Origin: Planctomycetota bacterium
GTDB taxonomy: Bacteria; Planctomycetota; B15-G4; JADJEK01
NCBI GenBank assembly: GCA_044225365.1
Contig: JBGAIQ010000018.1
Coordinates: 48,119-112,118 of the forward strand
DNA length: 64,000 nucleotides
Reading direction: 5' to 3'
Shown here piece after piece: positions 51,514 through 61,077 of this stretch. The notes beneath the pieces are model-generated. The model was given only the letters and a program-made list of their open reading frames with translations, was not told the DNA's origin and ran no database searches. Position 1 is the stretch's first letter; the number at the start of each line of letters is the position of its first letter. The translations under genes and the position numbers were made by a program.

Positions 51514-52866
51514 TCACAGGAGCAGATCGAGGATGTCGCGAACGCGTTCCAGCTGGGAGAGCGCGAGCGACGAGGCCTCCACTTCGTTCGCCGCCGGCAG
51601 AGCGACCCGCTCGAACCGCAGCGCTTCGGCTTCGCGCAAACGCGTGGAGACGCTGCGCGCGGCCCGGACCTCACCACCGAGACCGACTTCGCCGAACACG
51701 GCGAGGCCGCTCTGCACCGCTCGGTCGAGGAACGACGACGCGATCGCAAGGCAGACCGCGAGGTCGCATCCCGGGTCGGAGACGCGAAATCCGCCCGCGA
51801 TGTTGAGGTGGATGTCCTGATCGCCGAGCTCGAGCCCGCAACGCCGCGAGAGCACGGCCGCGAGCATCGAGGCGCGCGCCGACTCCACGCCGTTGGACCG
51901 CACTCGCGGTGGGCCGTAGATGGCCCGCGACGTCAGTGCCTGCACTTCGACCATGAAGACGCGCGATCCCTCGACCACGGCAGCGACGACCGCGCCGGGC
52001 AATCCGCGCGCGGCGCCGAGAAAGGCTGCGGCGGCGTGCTCGGGCTCGACGAGCCCCTTCTCGCCCATCGCGAAGACGGCGACTTCACCGGCCGGTCCGA
52101 ATCGATTCTTCACCGCGCGCAAGATGCGAAACTCGGTATCCCGCTCTCCCTCGAAGTACAGGACCGTGTCGACGAGGTGCTCGAGGACGCGAGGCCCTGC
52201 GAGCAATCCGTCCTTCGTGACGTGCCCGACGAGAACGAGCGGAACCCGCGCCCGACGTGCTGCCGCGACGAGATCGGAAGCGCACTCGCGCACCTGTGCG
52301 ACCGTTCCCGCGGCCGACGAGAGCGATTCCTTGCGCACCGTCTGGATGGAATCGATGACGACGAGGTCGTGCTGCCCATCGAGCATCGCATCGAGAACGG
52401 GTTCGAGGCGATCCTCCGACAGGACGAGGATGTCGAGATCCGCGAGCCCGAGGCGCTGGGCGCGCAGCGCGATCTGACCCGCGGACTCCTCCGCCGTGAC
52501 GTAGAGTGGTCTTGCGCCGGACTTCGCCGCGGTCGCCCGCCGTGCTCGCTGCGCCGCGATCTCGAGCAGCAGCGTCGATTTCCCGACACCGGGATCGCCG
52601 CCGATCAGGAGCGTCGAACCAGGGACGAGACCGCCTCCGATGACGCGATCGAACTCGGCGATCCCCGAAGTCGCACGCTGTGCGTCCTCGGGACGCAGAT
52701 CACGCAGGGCGACGGCGGCCCGGCGCGGCTCTCCCGGCAGCGCGACCGCGATCCCACTCTCCTCGCGGATCGAGTTCCAGGCACCGCACGCGTCGCAGCG
52801 TCCCGCCCACCGCGGATGCGTCTCACCACACTGCTGACAGGCGAAGATCGCGCGGGGCTTGACCAT
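51514..52866 (-). CDS. radA: DNA repair protein RadA/Sms
   Basis: CQQC...CDAC zinc finger, GGDPGVGKST, KNRFG, and a Lon-like C-terminus (GEVGLGGEVR). Confidence 0.97.
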   Translation of the reverse strand: MVKPRAIFACQQCGETHPRWAGRCDACGAWNSIREESGIAVALPGEPRRAAVALRDLRPEDAQRATSGIAEFDRVIGGGLVPGSTLLIGGDPGVGKSTLLLEIAAQRARRATAAKSGARPLYVTAEESAGQIALRAQRLGLADLDILVLSEDRLEPVLDAMLDGQHDLVVIDSIQTVRKESLSSAAGTVAQVRECASDLVAAARRARVPLVLVGHVTKDGLLAGPRVLEHLVDTVLYFEGERDTEFRILRAVKNRFGPAGEVAVFAMGEKGLVEPEHAAAAFLGAARGLPGAVVAAVVEGSRVFMVEVQALTSRAIYGPPRVRSNGVESARASMLAAVLSRRCGLELGDQDIHLNIAGGFRVSDPGCDLAVCLAIASSFLDRAVQSGLAVFGEVGLGGEVRAARSVSTRLREAEALRFERVALPAANEVEASSLALSQLERVRDILDLLL

Positions 52867-52883
52867 CGAGAGCGGAGTCCGGT

Positions 52884-53390
52884 TCAGGGCGTGTAGTCGA
52901 ACACGTAGGCGATGCGATCGCGATTCGCGATCAGATACTTCGCACGGGTGAGAACGGAGAATTCACGGGCCTTCTTGCCACCGAGACCTTCGATCGAGGG
53001 ATCGGTCACGACGAGGAAGCGCTGATCGCCGAGATCCTTGCGGTTGTAGGCACGCTTCAACATCTTGCCCGAGACCTCGAGCGGCAGTCGGCCGCTGAAG
53101 TACAGGTTCACGAGGGTTCGCTCGTCCTGGGCTTCGGACAGAGTCTTCAAGGTCTGATCGCCCGCCGCTTCGATCAACTCATGAGCGAGGAGGATCTCGT
53201 CGCGATGGATCATCGCTCGCGCCGTGACGATCCGATCGCCCTGCGTGACGCCGATGAGCGTCGCGTCGTGCACCTCGATGAACGGCGCGGTGATCGAATT
53301 CAGATAGGTGGAGAGTCGCTTTCCGCCGTTCTTCACGAGTCCCTTGACGAGAAACGACTCGGTCAGGAACAGGTCCTTCACGTATTCCAC
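52884..53390 (-). CDS. Hypothetical protein with internal duplication (DUF6812-like, tentative)
   Basis: GTG start after AGGAG. Two similar halves, each with (F/L)xVxG...F(I/L)xVxD...(H/N)RDxI. Confidence 0.75.
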   Translation of the reverse strand: MEYVKDLFLTESFLVKGLVKNGGKRLSTYLNSITAPFIEVHDATLIGVTQGDRIVTARAMIHRDEILLAHELIEAAGDQTLKTLSEAQDERTLVNLYFSGRLPLEVSGKMLKRAYNRKDLGDQRFLVVTDPSIEGLGGKKAREFSVLTRAKYLIANRDRIAYVFDYTP

Positions 53391-53402
53391 GGCACTCGAC
53401 TC

Positions 53403-54782
53403 CTAACGACCGACCTTGCGAGACAGCTTCGGGTACAGCGGGACGCCGCTTCCAACCGTCTGCTCACGGACGCGCGCCGCCAAATAGAGCGACCCGACGA
53501 CCAGTACCAAACCCTCTTTGTCGGCAAACTTGCGGGCGAAAGCCAAGGCTTCCCCGCAATCGTTCATCGCCGTCGCGGCGCCGCCTGCGGCCACGACCGC
53601 GGCCGCGAGGTCCGAAGGGTCCGTCTCTCGATCGTTTCCATACGACGTCGTCACGACCTGGCGACAGGAAGCGAGCGCACGGGCCGCCCGCGACGCATCC
53701 TTGTCCCGCGCGAGCCCGAAGACGACGACGAGCGGTCGATCTCCCGCGAGATCCTTCGCCGTTGCCACCGCCGCCGCGATCGACTCTGGCGTATGCGCAC
53801 CGTCGACGATCACCGTGGGTGACTTCGCGACCGTCTCGAACCGGCACGGCACGAAGAACCCCTCGAGCGCCGCGGCGATCTCGGACTCCGATGCGGCGAG
53901 GAGCCCCTGCTCCCGCAGGACCTCGACGATGCCGATCGCGAGCGCGACGTTGTCGGCTTGATGCCGGCCGTGCAGTCCGAGGTGGATCCGTGGGTAATGC
54001 GTCCGCCAGGTGGAGACTCCGACCTCGATACCGCTCTCCCGTGATGCGAAGTGATCGACCTGGACGTCGTGGCCGAGGCGGTAGAGGCGCACTCCCGCTC
54101 GCTTCGCGGCGGCCGCGATCGGCGGCAACGCTCCCCCCGTCGCGCCGGTCAGCACCGGGGCAGTCGGCTTCACGATCCCGGCCTTCTCTCCCGCGATCGC
54201 CTCGACCGTGGCGCCGAGAACCGCGACGTGTTCGAGAGCGACGTTCGTGATCGCCGTCACGACGGGCGAGACGACGTTCGTCGCATCGAGAGCACCGCCC
54301 ATCCCGACCTCGTGGACGGCGAACACGCAATCGCGCGCCGCGAACTCGATGAACGAAACGAGCGTCATCAATTCGAAATACGTCGGGAACGCGATCGCGG
54401 GCGAGCGCCACGTCGCCTCGAGCACGCGATTCGTCGCGGCGAGGAGTCCGGCCTCGCCGATCGGCTCGAAATCGACGAGGACCCGCTCCTCCATCCGGTG
54501 CAAGTGCGGTGAGGTATGCAGGCCCGTCGTTCCGCCGAGAGATCCGAGTACGCGAGCCACCATCGCCGCGGTCGATCCCTTGCCCTTCGTCCCTGTGATG
54601 TGGACGACCGGGCAGGCGCGCTCTCGATGTCCGAGCCGCGCCACGTACTCCAGCATGCGAGTGAGGTCGACGCGGATGCGACCCGCGTGGAAATCGGGGA
54701 TGCGCTCGTAGTTCGTCGCCGTCGCGAGGAGGGCATCGAACTCCGCGCGGTTCGTCACGGCGCGTACAGGGTGGCTGGACAT
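53403..54782 (-). CDS. folC: Folylpolyglutamate synthase/dihydrofolate synthase
   Basis: HITGTKGKGST, TSPHL, EVGMGGALDATNV, EKAGIVK, DGAHT, VGSLYL. Confidence 0.95.
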   Translation of the reverse strand: MSSHPVRAVTNRAEFDALLATATNYERIPDFHAGRIRVDLTRMLEYVARLGHRERACPVVHITGTKGKGSTAAMVARVLGSLGGTTGLHTSPHLHRMEERVLVDFEPIGEAGLLAATNRVLEATWRSPAIAFPTYFELMTLVSFIEFAARDCVFAVHEVGMGGALDATNVVSPVVTAITNVALEHVAVLGATVEAIAGEKAGIVKPTAPVLTGATGGALPPIAAAAKRAGVRLYRLGHDVQVDHFASRESGIEVGVSTWRTHYPRIHLGLHGRHQADNVALAIGIVEVLREQGLLAASESEIAAALEGFFVPCRFETVAKSPTVIVDGAHTPESIAAAVATAKDLAGDRPLVVVFGLARDKDASRAARALASCRQVVTTSYGNDRETDPSDLAAAVVAAGGAATAMNDCGEALAFARKFADKEGLVLVVGSLYLAARVREQTVGSGVPLYPKLSRKVGR

Positions 54783-54913
54783 GACGCTCGAGGGGACTCG
54801 CTCACTCGTGCCTTCGACCAAGGATCGGACGCGACTGCACGCGCCGGTCATGAAATCGAAGCGAATACGCCACGGATTTGAAATACTCGAGCCCCACGAG
54901 ATTGGAGTTCCCC

Positions 54914-55696
54914 GTGAGACGTCCGCGGATCGGCATCAACAGCGAGCTCGAAGCCGGCCAGCGCAAGCTCGGCGACACGAAACTCATCACGCTCAATCCG
55001 GACTACGCTCGATGCGTCGCGCGCGCCGGCGGAGTCCCCCTCGTCCTCTCGCCGCTCACCCTTCCGGGCGATCCTCGCGCAGCCGACGAATCGACGATCG
55101 AAGAGCAACTCGCCGTGATCGACGGACTCGTGCTCGTCGGAGGGGACGACATGGATCCGCGCGCATACGGCGAAGCGCCTCATCCCTCGATCCAACCGCT
55201 CGATCCCGAACGCGACGCCTATGACTTCGCCCTCGCGCGCGCGGCCCTCGAACGGGGCATTCCGATCCTCGGGATCTGCGGCGGAATGCAGTTACTGAAC
55301 GTCGTACGCGGCGGCTCGCTCCACCAGCACCTGCCCGATCGCGAAGGGGACACCTACCCCACGCTGCATCCGGTCCACCGCGATCAGCACGGCGAGGCGA
55401 AGTTCCACGACGTCCTATTGCGCGCCGGAACTCGACTCGCGGAGACGATCGGCGCCGCGCGCATCGTGACCAATTCGCGCCACCATCAAGCTGTCGCCCG
55501 ACTGGGGGACGACGTCACGATCGCCGCCGTCGCCGAGGATGGAGTGATCGAAGCGATCGAAGTCTTCGGGAGCGACGACTCGCGTTACATCGTGGGCGTC
55601 GAGTGGCACCCCGAGGAAGCACGAGACGATTCGGCGTCGATCCGCATCTTCGGATCGTTCGTCGAACATGCCGCCCGCCACGCAAAGATCCGTTGA
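54914..55696 (+). CDS. Peptidase C26 / gamma-glutamyl-gamma-aminobutyrate hydrolase family glutamine amidotransferase
   Basis: GGDDMDP, GICGGMQ (catalytic Cys), NSRHHQ, WHPE. GTG start after GGAG. Confidence 0.9.
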   Translation: MRRPRIGINSELEAGQRKLGDTKLITLNPDYARCVARAGGVPLVLSPLTLPGDPRAADESTIEEQLAVIDGLVLVGGDDMDPRAYGEAPHPSIQPLDPERDAYDFALARAALERGIPILGICGGMQLLNVVRGGSLHQHLPDREGDTYPTLHPVHRDQHGEAKFHDVLLRAGTRLAETIGAARIVTNSRHHQAVARLGDDVTIAAVAEDGVIEAIEVFGSDDSRYIVGVEWHPEEARDDSASIRIFGSFVEHAARHAKIR

Positions 55697-55754
55697 CCAC
55701 ACACGGACGTTCGTCGAAGCTGGCTCGTGACCGAATGATCGAAAGCGCCTCGAA

Positions 55755-57173
55755 TTGAGCGATCGACACCTCGACGAAGAGACCGGATTCGAATTGCCTT
55801 CCCGGCGTGACCACGACGGACTACGGATCGGCGTCGCGTTCGTGGCGATCGCAGTGGTCATCGTGGTCGGCGCTCTGCTGCTGCAGGTGCGCAGTTCGCA
55901 GGAACGCGCATCGAGCGCGGGCGATCGAATCGACGCGGCGATCGATGTCGGCGAGGACTCCCCCGCGGTCGCGCCGCGACCCGTGGATCGATCGCTGCTT
56001 GCCAAAGTGGACGACCGTTCCATCGCGACCCGACTCGTTCGCGAGCCGGATGCGATGGCGCACCTCCTCGCGCTCGCGGGCGATCTCACTGCGAGAGCGT
56101 CGACCGCCGCGCCGCCTCTCGCCGAACCCTCGGTCCTGCGCAGCGAGAGCTCGTCGCATCGCGGCGAGTTGCTTTGCGTCCGAGGCGTCGTCGTCTCCAT
56201 CGAGAGACCGAGTCTCGTCGGCGGCTCCCGCGACGCGTCCGCCGCCGTCGACGTGAGGGGGATGCTGCGCGATCCTCACGGCGAACGATTCGCGTTCTCC
56301 GTGATCGAGTCCCCGACCGGTGGCGGCGATCCCGATTCGATCGTGAATCGCGAGGTCGAACTCGTCGGCTACTTCTTCAAGCTCATCGCCACCGAAACGG
56401 CTCCCGGCGAATACGACGACCTCGTGCCATACTTCGTCGGCAGGCGGCTCGTGGCGCTCCACCCCGCGTTGGAGAAGAACGACGACCTGAAGCGAATCGC
56501 CTTTCACACGGCGAAGGATCGCACTCCTGCCGACATGATCGAGTGGCCCGAGGACCTCGTCCTCGAAACACTGAATTGGGTGCGATCGATCGCACCGGAT
56601 CGAGGGAGCGGAGAAGCGGTCCTCGACGTCGATTGGACGGAACTGCGGCGCCAGCCCGAGCACTATCGCGGCCGCATCGTCCGAGTGATCGGCCGCTACC
56701 GACCTCAGCTCGAATGGCTGCGCCGACTCGATGCCGGGGCGAGCGCGCTCGGGCGCAGCGAGTTCCACGAGGGGTTGCTGAAACTCTCGGACGAGCACCT
56801 GTTCCGCTGGATCGGATTCGACGCGGCGGAACACGCGACCGACGGAAGTGACGGCGCACGCGCCCTGACGCTCGAAGGAGTGTTCATCAAGAACGTCGCC
56901 TGGTTGAATTCGCGCGGCGATCTCGTCAGCGGTCCGCTCATCGTGGCGACGCGTCTCGAGACGATGCCCCTCGCGGACGAGAAGAGCATTGCTGCGATCG
57001 CTCTCGTCATCACGGGTCTCGCCGCCGTCTGCATCCTCATCTGCCTGTTCGGCATCTATTCCGATGGTCAGAAGGCGAAACAGTTCCAACGCGACTACCT
57101 TGCGAGGAGGCGCCGCCAACTCGAGCGTCTGGCTCGCGCGCGACCCCCCCGCTCTGGAGGAGTTCCACCGTGA
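55755..57173 (+). CDS. Hypothetical membrane protein with two TM anchors flanking a duplicated beta domain
   Basis: TM near each end. Repeats HRGELLCVRG...LVGYFFK and YRGRIVRVIG...LEGVFIK. Coupled to aroB. Confidence 0.75.
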   Translation: MSDRHLDEETGFELPSRRDHDGLRIGVAFVAIAVVIVVGALLLQVRSSQERASSAGDRIDAAIDVGEDSPAVAPRPVDRSLLAKVDDRSIATRLVREPDAMAHLLALAGDLTARASTAAPPLAEPSVLRSESSSHRGELLCVRGVVVSIERPSLVGGSRDASAAVDVRGMLRDPHGERFAFSVIESPTGGGDPDSIVNREVELVGYFFKLIATETAPGEYDDLVPYFVGRRLVALHPALEKNDDLKRIAFHTAKDRTPADMIEWPEDLVLETLNWVRSIAPDRGSGEAVLDVDWTELRRQPEHYRGRIVRVIGRYRPQLEWLRRLDAGASALGRSEFHEGLLKLSDEHLFRWIGFDAAEHATDGSDGARALTLEGVFIKNVAWLNSRGDLVSGPLIVATRLETMPLADEKSIAAIALVITGLAAVCILICLFGIYSDGQKAKQFQRDYLARRRRQLERLARARPPRSGGVPP

Positions 57174-58366
57174 CACGACGCGAGATCGAGGTGCAGTCGC
57201 GCGATCACGACTATCGCGTCGTCATCGAGCGTGGCGGCATCGAGCGCGACTCGATCTCCCATTCGATCGAGACGGGGCTCGCCGCGTCGTTCGATGCGCG
57301 CTCGCCAAGGACCCACCGCCAGGTCGTCATCGTCTCGGATTCGAGCGTGGCCCGGCTTCATCTCCCCACCCTGGAGCGCGCGCTCAAGAACGCCGGCGCG
57401 AGCGTGCTCGCGCGCATCATCATCGAGCCGGGCGAAGCGAACAAGTCGTTGACGACCGTCACGCATTGCTACGACGCGCTCGCCAAGGCGGGTGCGCGGC
57501 GGAGCACGTTGTTCGTCGCATTCGGCGGAGGCGTCGTGACGGATCTCACCGGGTTCGTCGCGGCGACCTGGCAACGCGGCGCGCCGTGGCTCGCGGTTCC
57601 GACGACGTTGCTCGGTCAGATCGATGCCGCGATCGGTGGCAAGACCGGAGTCGATCTGGAGAAGGCGAAGAACATCGTGGGCGCCTTCCATCCGCCGCTC
57701 GCGGTCGTCGTCGATCCTTCGCTGCTCGCCACGCTGCCACCCCCGGAATTGCGCTCGGGTCTCGGTGAGTTGCTGAAGTACGGCGTCCTGCGGGGAGGAG
57801 AGCTCTTCGACCGCATCGTCCGACTCGGAGCCGAAGCCGAGGCAGCTCGTTCCGATCTCGATCCGTTGATCTGCGAGGCGATCGCGATCAAAGCCGACCT
57901 GTGTTGCCGGGACGAATTCGATCGCGGAGAACGTCGCCTCCTCAATCTCGGCCACACGATCGGACACGCCCTCGAGACCGCCGCGCAATACACGGGGCTA
58001 CGGCATGGCGAAGCGGTCGCCCTCGGAATGATCGGCGAAGCCTCGCTCGCCGCCGATCTCGGGCTCGCCTCGACCCTCGCCGACGCGAAGGCGAACGCCA
58101 CGAACGAGAGGGGCACGCTGGACACGATCGCGCATGCCGCCGCCGCCCTCGGACTCGGGCGCGGGATCGAGCGTGCGGACGAATCGTTCCTAGAACGTGC
58201 GCGCGGCGCACTCGCGCTCGACAAGAAGTCGATCGGAAGGCGCACGTTGTTCGCGCTTCCGTTGCGGATCGGTGAAGTCGAGATCGTCGAATTGGACCCC
58301 GGAGAACACTTCGAATCGATCGACCGCGCTTTGCGGCGCTCGATCCGCGGCTCCGCACTCGCTTGA
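57170..58366 (+). CDS. aroB: 3-dehydroquinate synthase
   Basis: GEANKS, GGGVVTDLTGF, PTTLLGQIDAAIGGKTG, KNIVGAF, LNLGHTIGHALE, HGEAV, DKK. Confidence 0.95.
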   Translation: MTRREIEVQSRDHDYRVVIERGGIERDSISHSIETGLAASFDARSPRTHRQVVIVSDSSVARLHLPTLERALKNAGASVLARIIIEPGEANKSLTTVTHCYDALAKAGARRSTLFVAFGGGVVTDLTGFVAATWQRGAPWLAVPTTLLGQIDAAIGGKTGVDLEKAKNIVGAFHPPLAVVVDPSLLATLPPPELRSGLGELLKYGVLRGGELFDRIVRLGAEAEAARSDLDPLICEAIAIKADLCCRDEFDRGERRLLNLGHTIGHALETAAQYTGLRHGEAVALGMIGEASLAADLGLASTLADAKANATNERGTLDTIAHAAAALGLGRGIERADESFLERARGALALDKKSIGRRTLFALPLRIGEVEIVELDPGEHFESIDRALRRSIRGSALA

Positions 58367-58405
58367 TTCCTCGTCACCGCGCTCCCGCCCCTGCGTCAGC
58401 GCGGT

Positions 58406-59491
58406 ATGGACGACTCCCTTCGCGCCGCGATCCTCGAGAATCTGCTGTTCGCGGGGATGCCCCGCAAAGGACTCCCGCCGCGCCTGCTGCTCAGGGCGAC
58501 GCGGGACGAGTTGGTCGCATCCGGCCTGCCGCCCGACCTCGCCGACCAATTGGTCTCTCTGCGCAACTCGAAGGAGGAGTTTGCGGAGGCGTTACGCACG
58601 ACTCGGGCGCGCGCTCACATGATGGTGCGAACGATGTCGAACTATCCGAGCGATCTCGAATCCCATCCCTACGCACCGCGCCTCATCTACCGGCGCGGGC
58701 TGCCTCTACCTTGCCGGCCGCGCGTCGGTCTCGTCGGGGCGCGCGCGGCGTCCTCCAACATGATCGATTTCGCCTCACGACTCGGTTACGACGCCGCCCG
58801 CGCAGGGATCTGCGTGGTCTCGGGACTCGCGCGCGGGATCGATGCCGCCGCTCATCGGGGAGCGCTCGACGCCGGCGGCTCGTGCGTCGGAGTGCTCGGA
58901 TGCGGGATCGATGTGGTGTACCCCCGCGACACCAAGAGCGTGCGGGAGCGGGTCGAAGCGACTGGGACGGTTCTCACCACGTTCCCGTTCGGAACCGCCC
59001 CGCTCCAACGTCACTTTCCCACTCGCAATCGACTGCTCGCCGCACTCTGCGACGTCGTCGTCGTCGTCCAGGCGAGAATCGATTCAGGGAGCATGTCGAC
59101 GGCCCGCGCCGCGCTCGATGCCGGGATCGAGGTGATGGCCGTGCCGGGTGCACCTCGAGACCCGCTCTGCGAGGGGACGAATTGCCTGATTCGCGACGGC
59201 GCACGCCCCGTTCTCGAGTCGCGAGACATCCTCGAGGCGATCTACGGCGTGGGCGCGCCGCAGACGTTTCCCGAAACCGACAAGACTTCGCGCGTATCGC
59301 ACCCACCCAACGCGGATCGCCTGACTCGATCGATCCTCGATCAGATCGGCTCGGTCGCTCGCAGCGCCGACGACCTCGCTCGCATCCTCCAACTGTCGAC
59401 GGGCACGGTTCTTGCCCGACTCACGGAGCTGGAGGTCGAGGGGCACGTCGTTCGCGAGACGGGTGGCGTGTTCCGCCGGAGAAATCCGTGA
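58406..59491 (+). CDS. dprA: DNA-processing protein DprA
   Basis: VGAR, VSGLARGIDAAAH, FPTRNRL, SGSMSTA, GTNCLIRDGA, and a C-terminal winged helix (LTELEVEG). Confidence 0.93.
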   Translation: MDDSLRAAILENLLFAGMPRKGLPPRLLLRATRDELVASGLPPDLADQLVSLRNSKEEFAEALRTTRARAHMMVRTMSNYPSDLESHPYAPRLIYRRGLPLPCRPRVGLVGARAASSNMIDFASRLGYDAARAGICVVSGLARGIDAAAHRGALDAGGSCVGVLGCGIDVVYPRDTKSVRERVEATGTVLTTFPFGTAPLQRHFPTRNRLLAALCDVVVVVQARIDSGSMSTARAALDAGIEVMAVPGAPRDPLCEGTNCLIRDGARPVLESRDILEAIYGVGAPQTFPETDKTSRVSHPPNADRLTRSILDQIGSVARSADDLARILQLSTGTVLARLTELEVEGHVVRETGGVFRRRNP

Positions 59492-59501
59492 CGGGGACCG
59501 T

Positions 59502-59517
59502 TGGCCCGAAAGATGCA
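59502..59517 (+). promoter_or_regulatory. Candidate sigma54 (-24/-12) promoter
   Basis: TGGCCC-GAAAG-ATGCA with GG-N10-GC spacing, immediately after the dprA stop. Confidence 0.55.
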
Positions 59518-59596
59518 AATCGAAGTTTCCGCTGAATTCGAACTCGCTACACCCCGATGAAGAGTCCTAGGGCGATGCGCCCTGAAAGAGGTCGCG

Positions 59597-59728
59597 ATGA
59601 GTTTGCTCCAGATGCTGGCTGCGATCCTCGCCGTGTTCTGGGCGACCGAGATGATTGCGGTACTGGTCATCGGGCTTCGAGCCCGTCACCGCTCCCTGTC
59701 GCTACCGGACGAACGACCCACCCAATGA
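59597..59728 (+). CDS. Small (43 aa) single-TM protein, not in ORF track
   Basis: GAGG SD precedes the ATG. Translation MSLLQMLAAILAVFWATEMIAVLVIGLRARHRSLSLPDERPTQ. Confidence 0.55.
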   Translation: MSLLQMLAAILAVFWATEMIAVLVIGLRARHRSLSLPDERPTQ

Positions 59729-59790
59729 CCGCTTGACCGTTCGAGGCACGCCCCGGACTCACCCCGATCTCGTCGCAGAACGAGTCTCGC

Positions 59791-59994
59791 TCAGACCCAG
59801 CGCGTGAAGAGCTGGACGAGGAACATCGCGATCGACGCGATGACGACGCACGAAGCGAATCGCTTGATTCCCGCGAGAGCTGCGGCCTTCAGGTCATCGA
59901 CTCGCAGCGCGTGATACACCAGCGACGCGATCAGCGTGATGATCAGGAACTGAGCGATGTGCGCGAGCAGGTAGTTGGGGGCTTCGGGGGTCAT
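59791..59994 (-). CDS. Small two-TM membrane protein
   Basis: 67 aa with two hydrophobic helices. Follows the upstream membrane gene on the same strand. Confidence 0.7.
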   Translation of the reverse strand: MTPEAPNYLLAHIAQFLIITLIASLVYHALRVDDLKAAALAGIKRFASCVVIASIAMFLVQLFTRWV

Positions 59995-60053
59995 CTTCTT
60001 GTTTCCGTCATCCTCGTCCGCGGGCCGATTCCAGCATTCGAGCGAACGCAGGC

Positions 60054-60482
60054 TCAGAGTTGCAGACGCGACGCCGGTCGAGCCGCGGCGTCCTGCTCTC
60101 CCCTCTCTCGCAGGTAGATCTCGTAGAGGTCGACGAGCACGACGAGATTCAGCAGCCCCGCAACGGCCGTGAACAGCAGGCCTGCATCGTGGAAGTGGAT
60201 GTCGTAGGTGACTCGAAGGTGCTGGGTGGCGGCGAGGGCGAGGAGCGTCGGTCCACCCACCCAGATCTGGGCGAGCAGATAGAGTCCGTAGCGATTGGCG
60301 CTCACCACGCGCTCGTCACCGAGCCAGAACCCGATGACGAAGAGGATGAGGATCAGGACACCGAAGTAGACCGCTTTCGCCTTGCGGCCGAACAGTACGT
60401 GGCCGGCTCCGGGAACGAGCCAACCGAGGGCGAGCGCGAGTCCGATGCGGGCAGTCGAGGGCGGGTTCATGGTCGGGACCAT
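60054..60482 (-). CDS. Membrane protein (DUF6677-like)
   Basis: LGWLVPGAGH...GRKAKA and GLLFTAVAGLLNLVVLVD motifs. Confidence 0.8.
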   Translation of the reverse strand: MVPTMNPPSTARIGLALALGWLVPGAGHVLFGRKAKAVYFGVLILILFVIGFWLGDERVVSANRYGLYLLAQIWVGGPTLLALAATQHLRVTYDIHFHDAGLLFTAVAGLLNLVVLVDLYEIYLRERGEQDAAARPASRLQL

Positions 60483-60642
60483 CTCAACTTCTCCATCCCA
60501 AAGATGCCAGGAAGATCAGTGCGCGGGCACGCGATTCTGCGCGACCGTGAGCAGAACTCACCGCTCCCTTCTCGAATCGTCGTCGCGTTGGTATCAAAGG
60601 ACCCTCCTCCTCTCCCCGAACCGATCGAAGGTCCGACTTCCC

Positions 60643-61059
60643 GTGAAGACACATCGAGCCGAAGTGCGAGTCCGCTACGGCGAGACCGACCAGATGGGCG
60701 TCGTGTATCACGGCAGCTACGTGGCGTACGTCGAGTGCGGCCGCACCGAGTTCATGCGCGCGAACGGCGTGAACTACCGGGAGATGGAAGAAGCTGGAAT
60801 GGCGCTGGCCGTCGTGGAGGTGAGGCTGCGCTACCTGAAGCCCGCCCGCTACGACGATCGGCTGTGGATCGAGACGCGCCTCGTTGCGGCGACCGGCGTG
60901 CAGGTCCGATTCGATTATCGAGTGCTGCGCGAAGACGACGCGGCCGAGACGGTGCTTGCCGAGGGTCATACGCTGCTCGCATGCGTCGGCAAGGACGGTC
61001 GGCCGACGCGAATGCGCAGCCCGTTTCGGGAGCGCATCGCGGAACTCGTTTCCGAGTGA
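60643..61059 (+). CDS. YbgC/FadM-family acyl-CoA thioesterase
   Basis: VRVRYGETDQMGVVYHGSY...GRTE...YLKPARYDD. Confidence 0.93.
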   Translation: MKTHRAEVRVRYGETDQMGVVYHGSYVAYVECGRTEFMRANGVNYREMEEAGMALAVVEVRLRYLKPARYDDRLWIETRLVAATGVQVRFDYRVLREDDAAETVLAEGHTLLACVGKDGRPTRMRSPFRERIAELVSE

Positions 61060-61077
61060 CGGGGAAAACCGAAGACG

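Noticed and set aside
59550-59592. Hammerhead-like CCGATGA...hairpin...GAAA
   Set aside because: The core is not CUGANGA with a directly adjoining stem II, and no stems I/III are evident.
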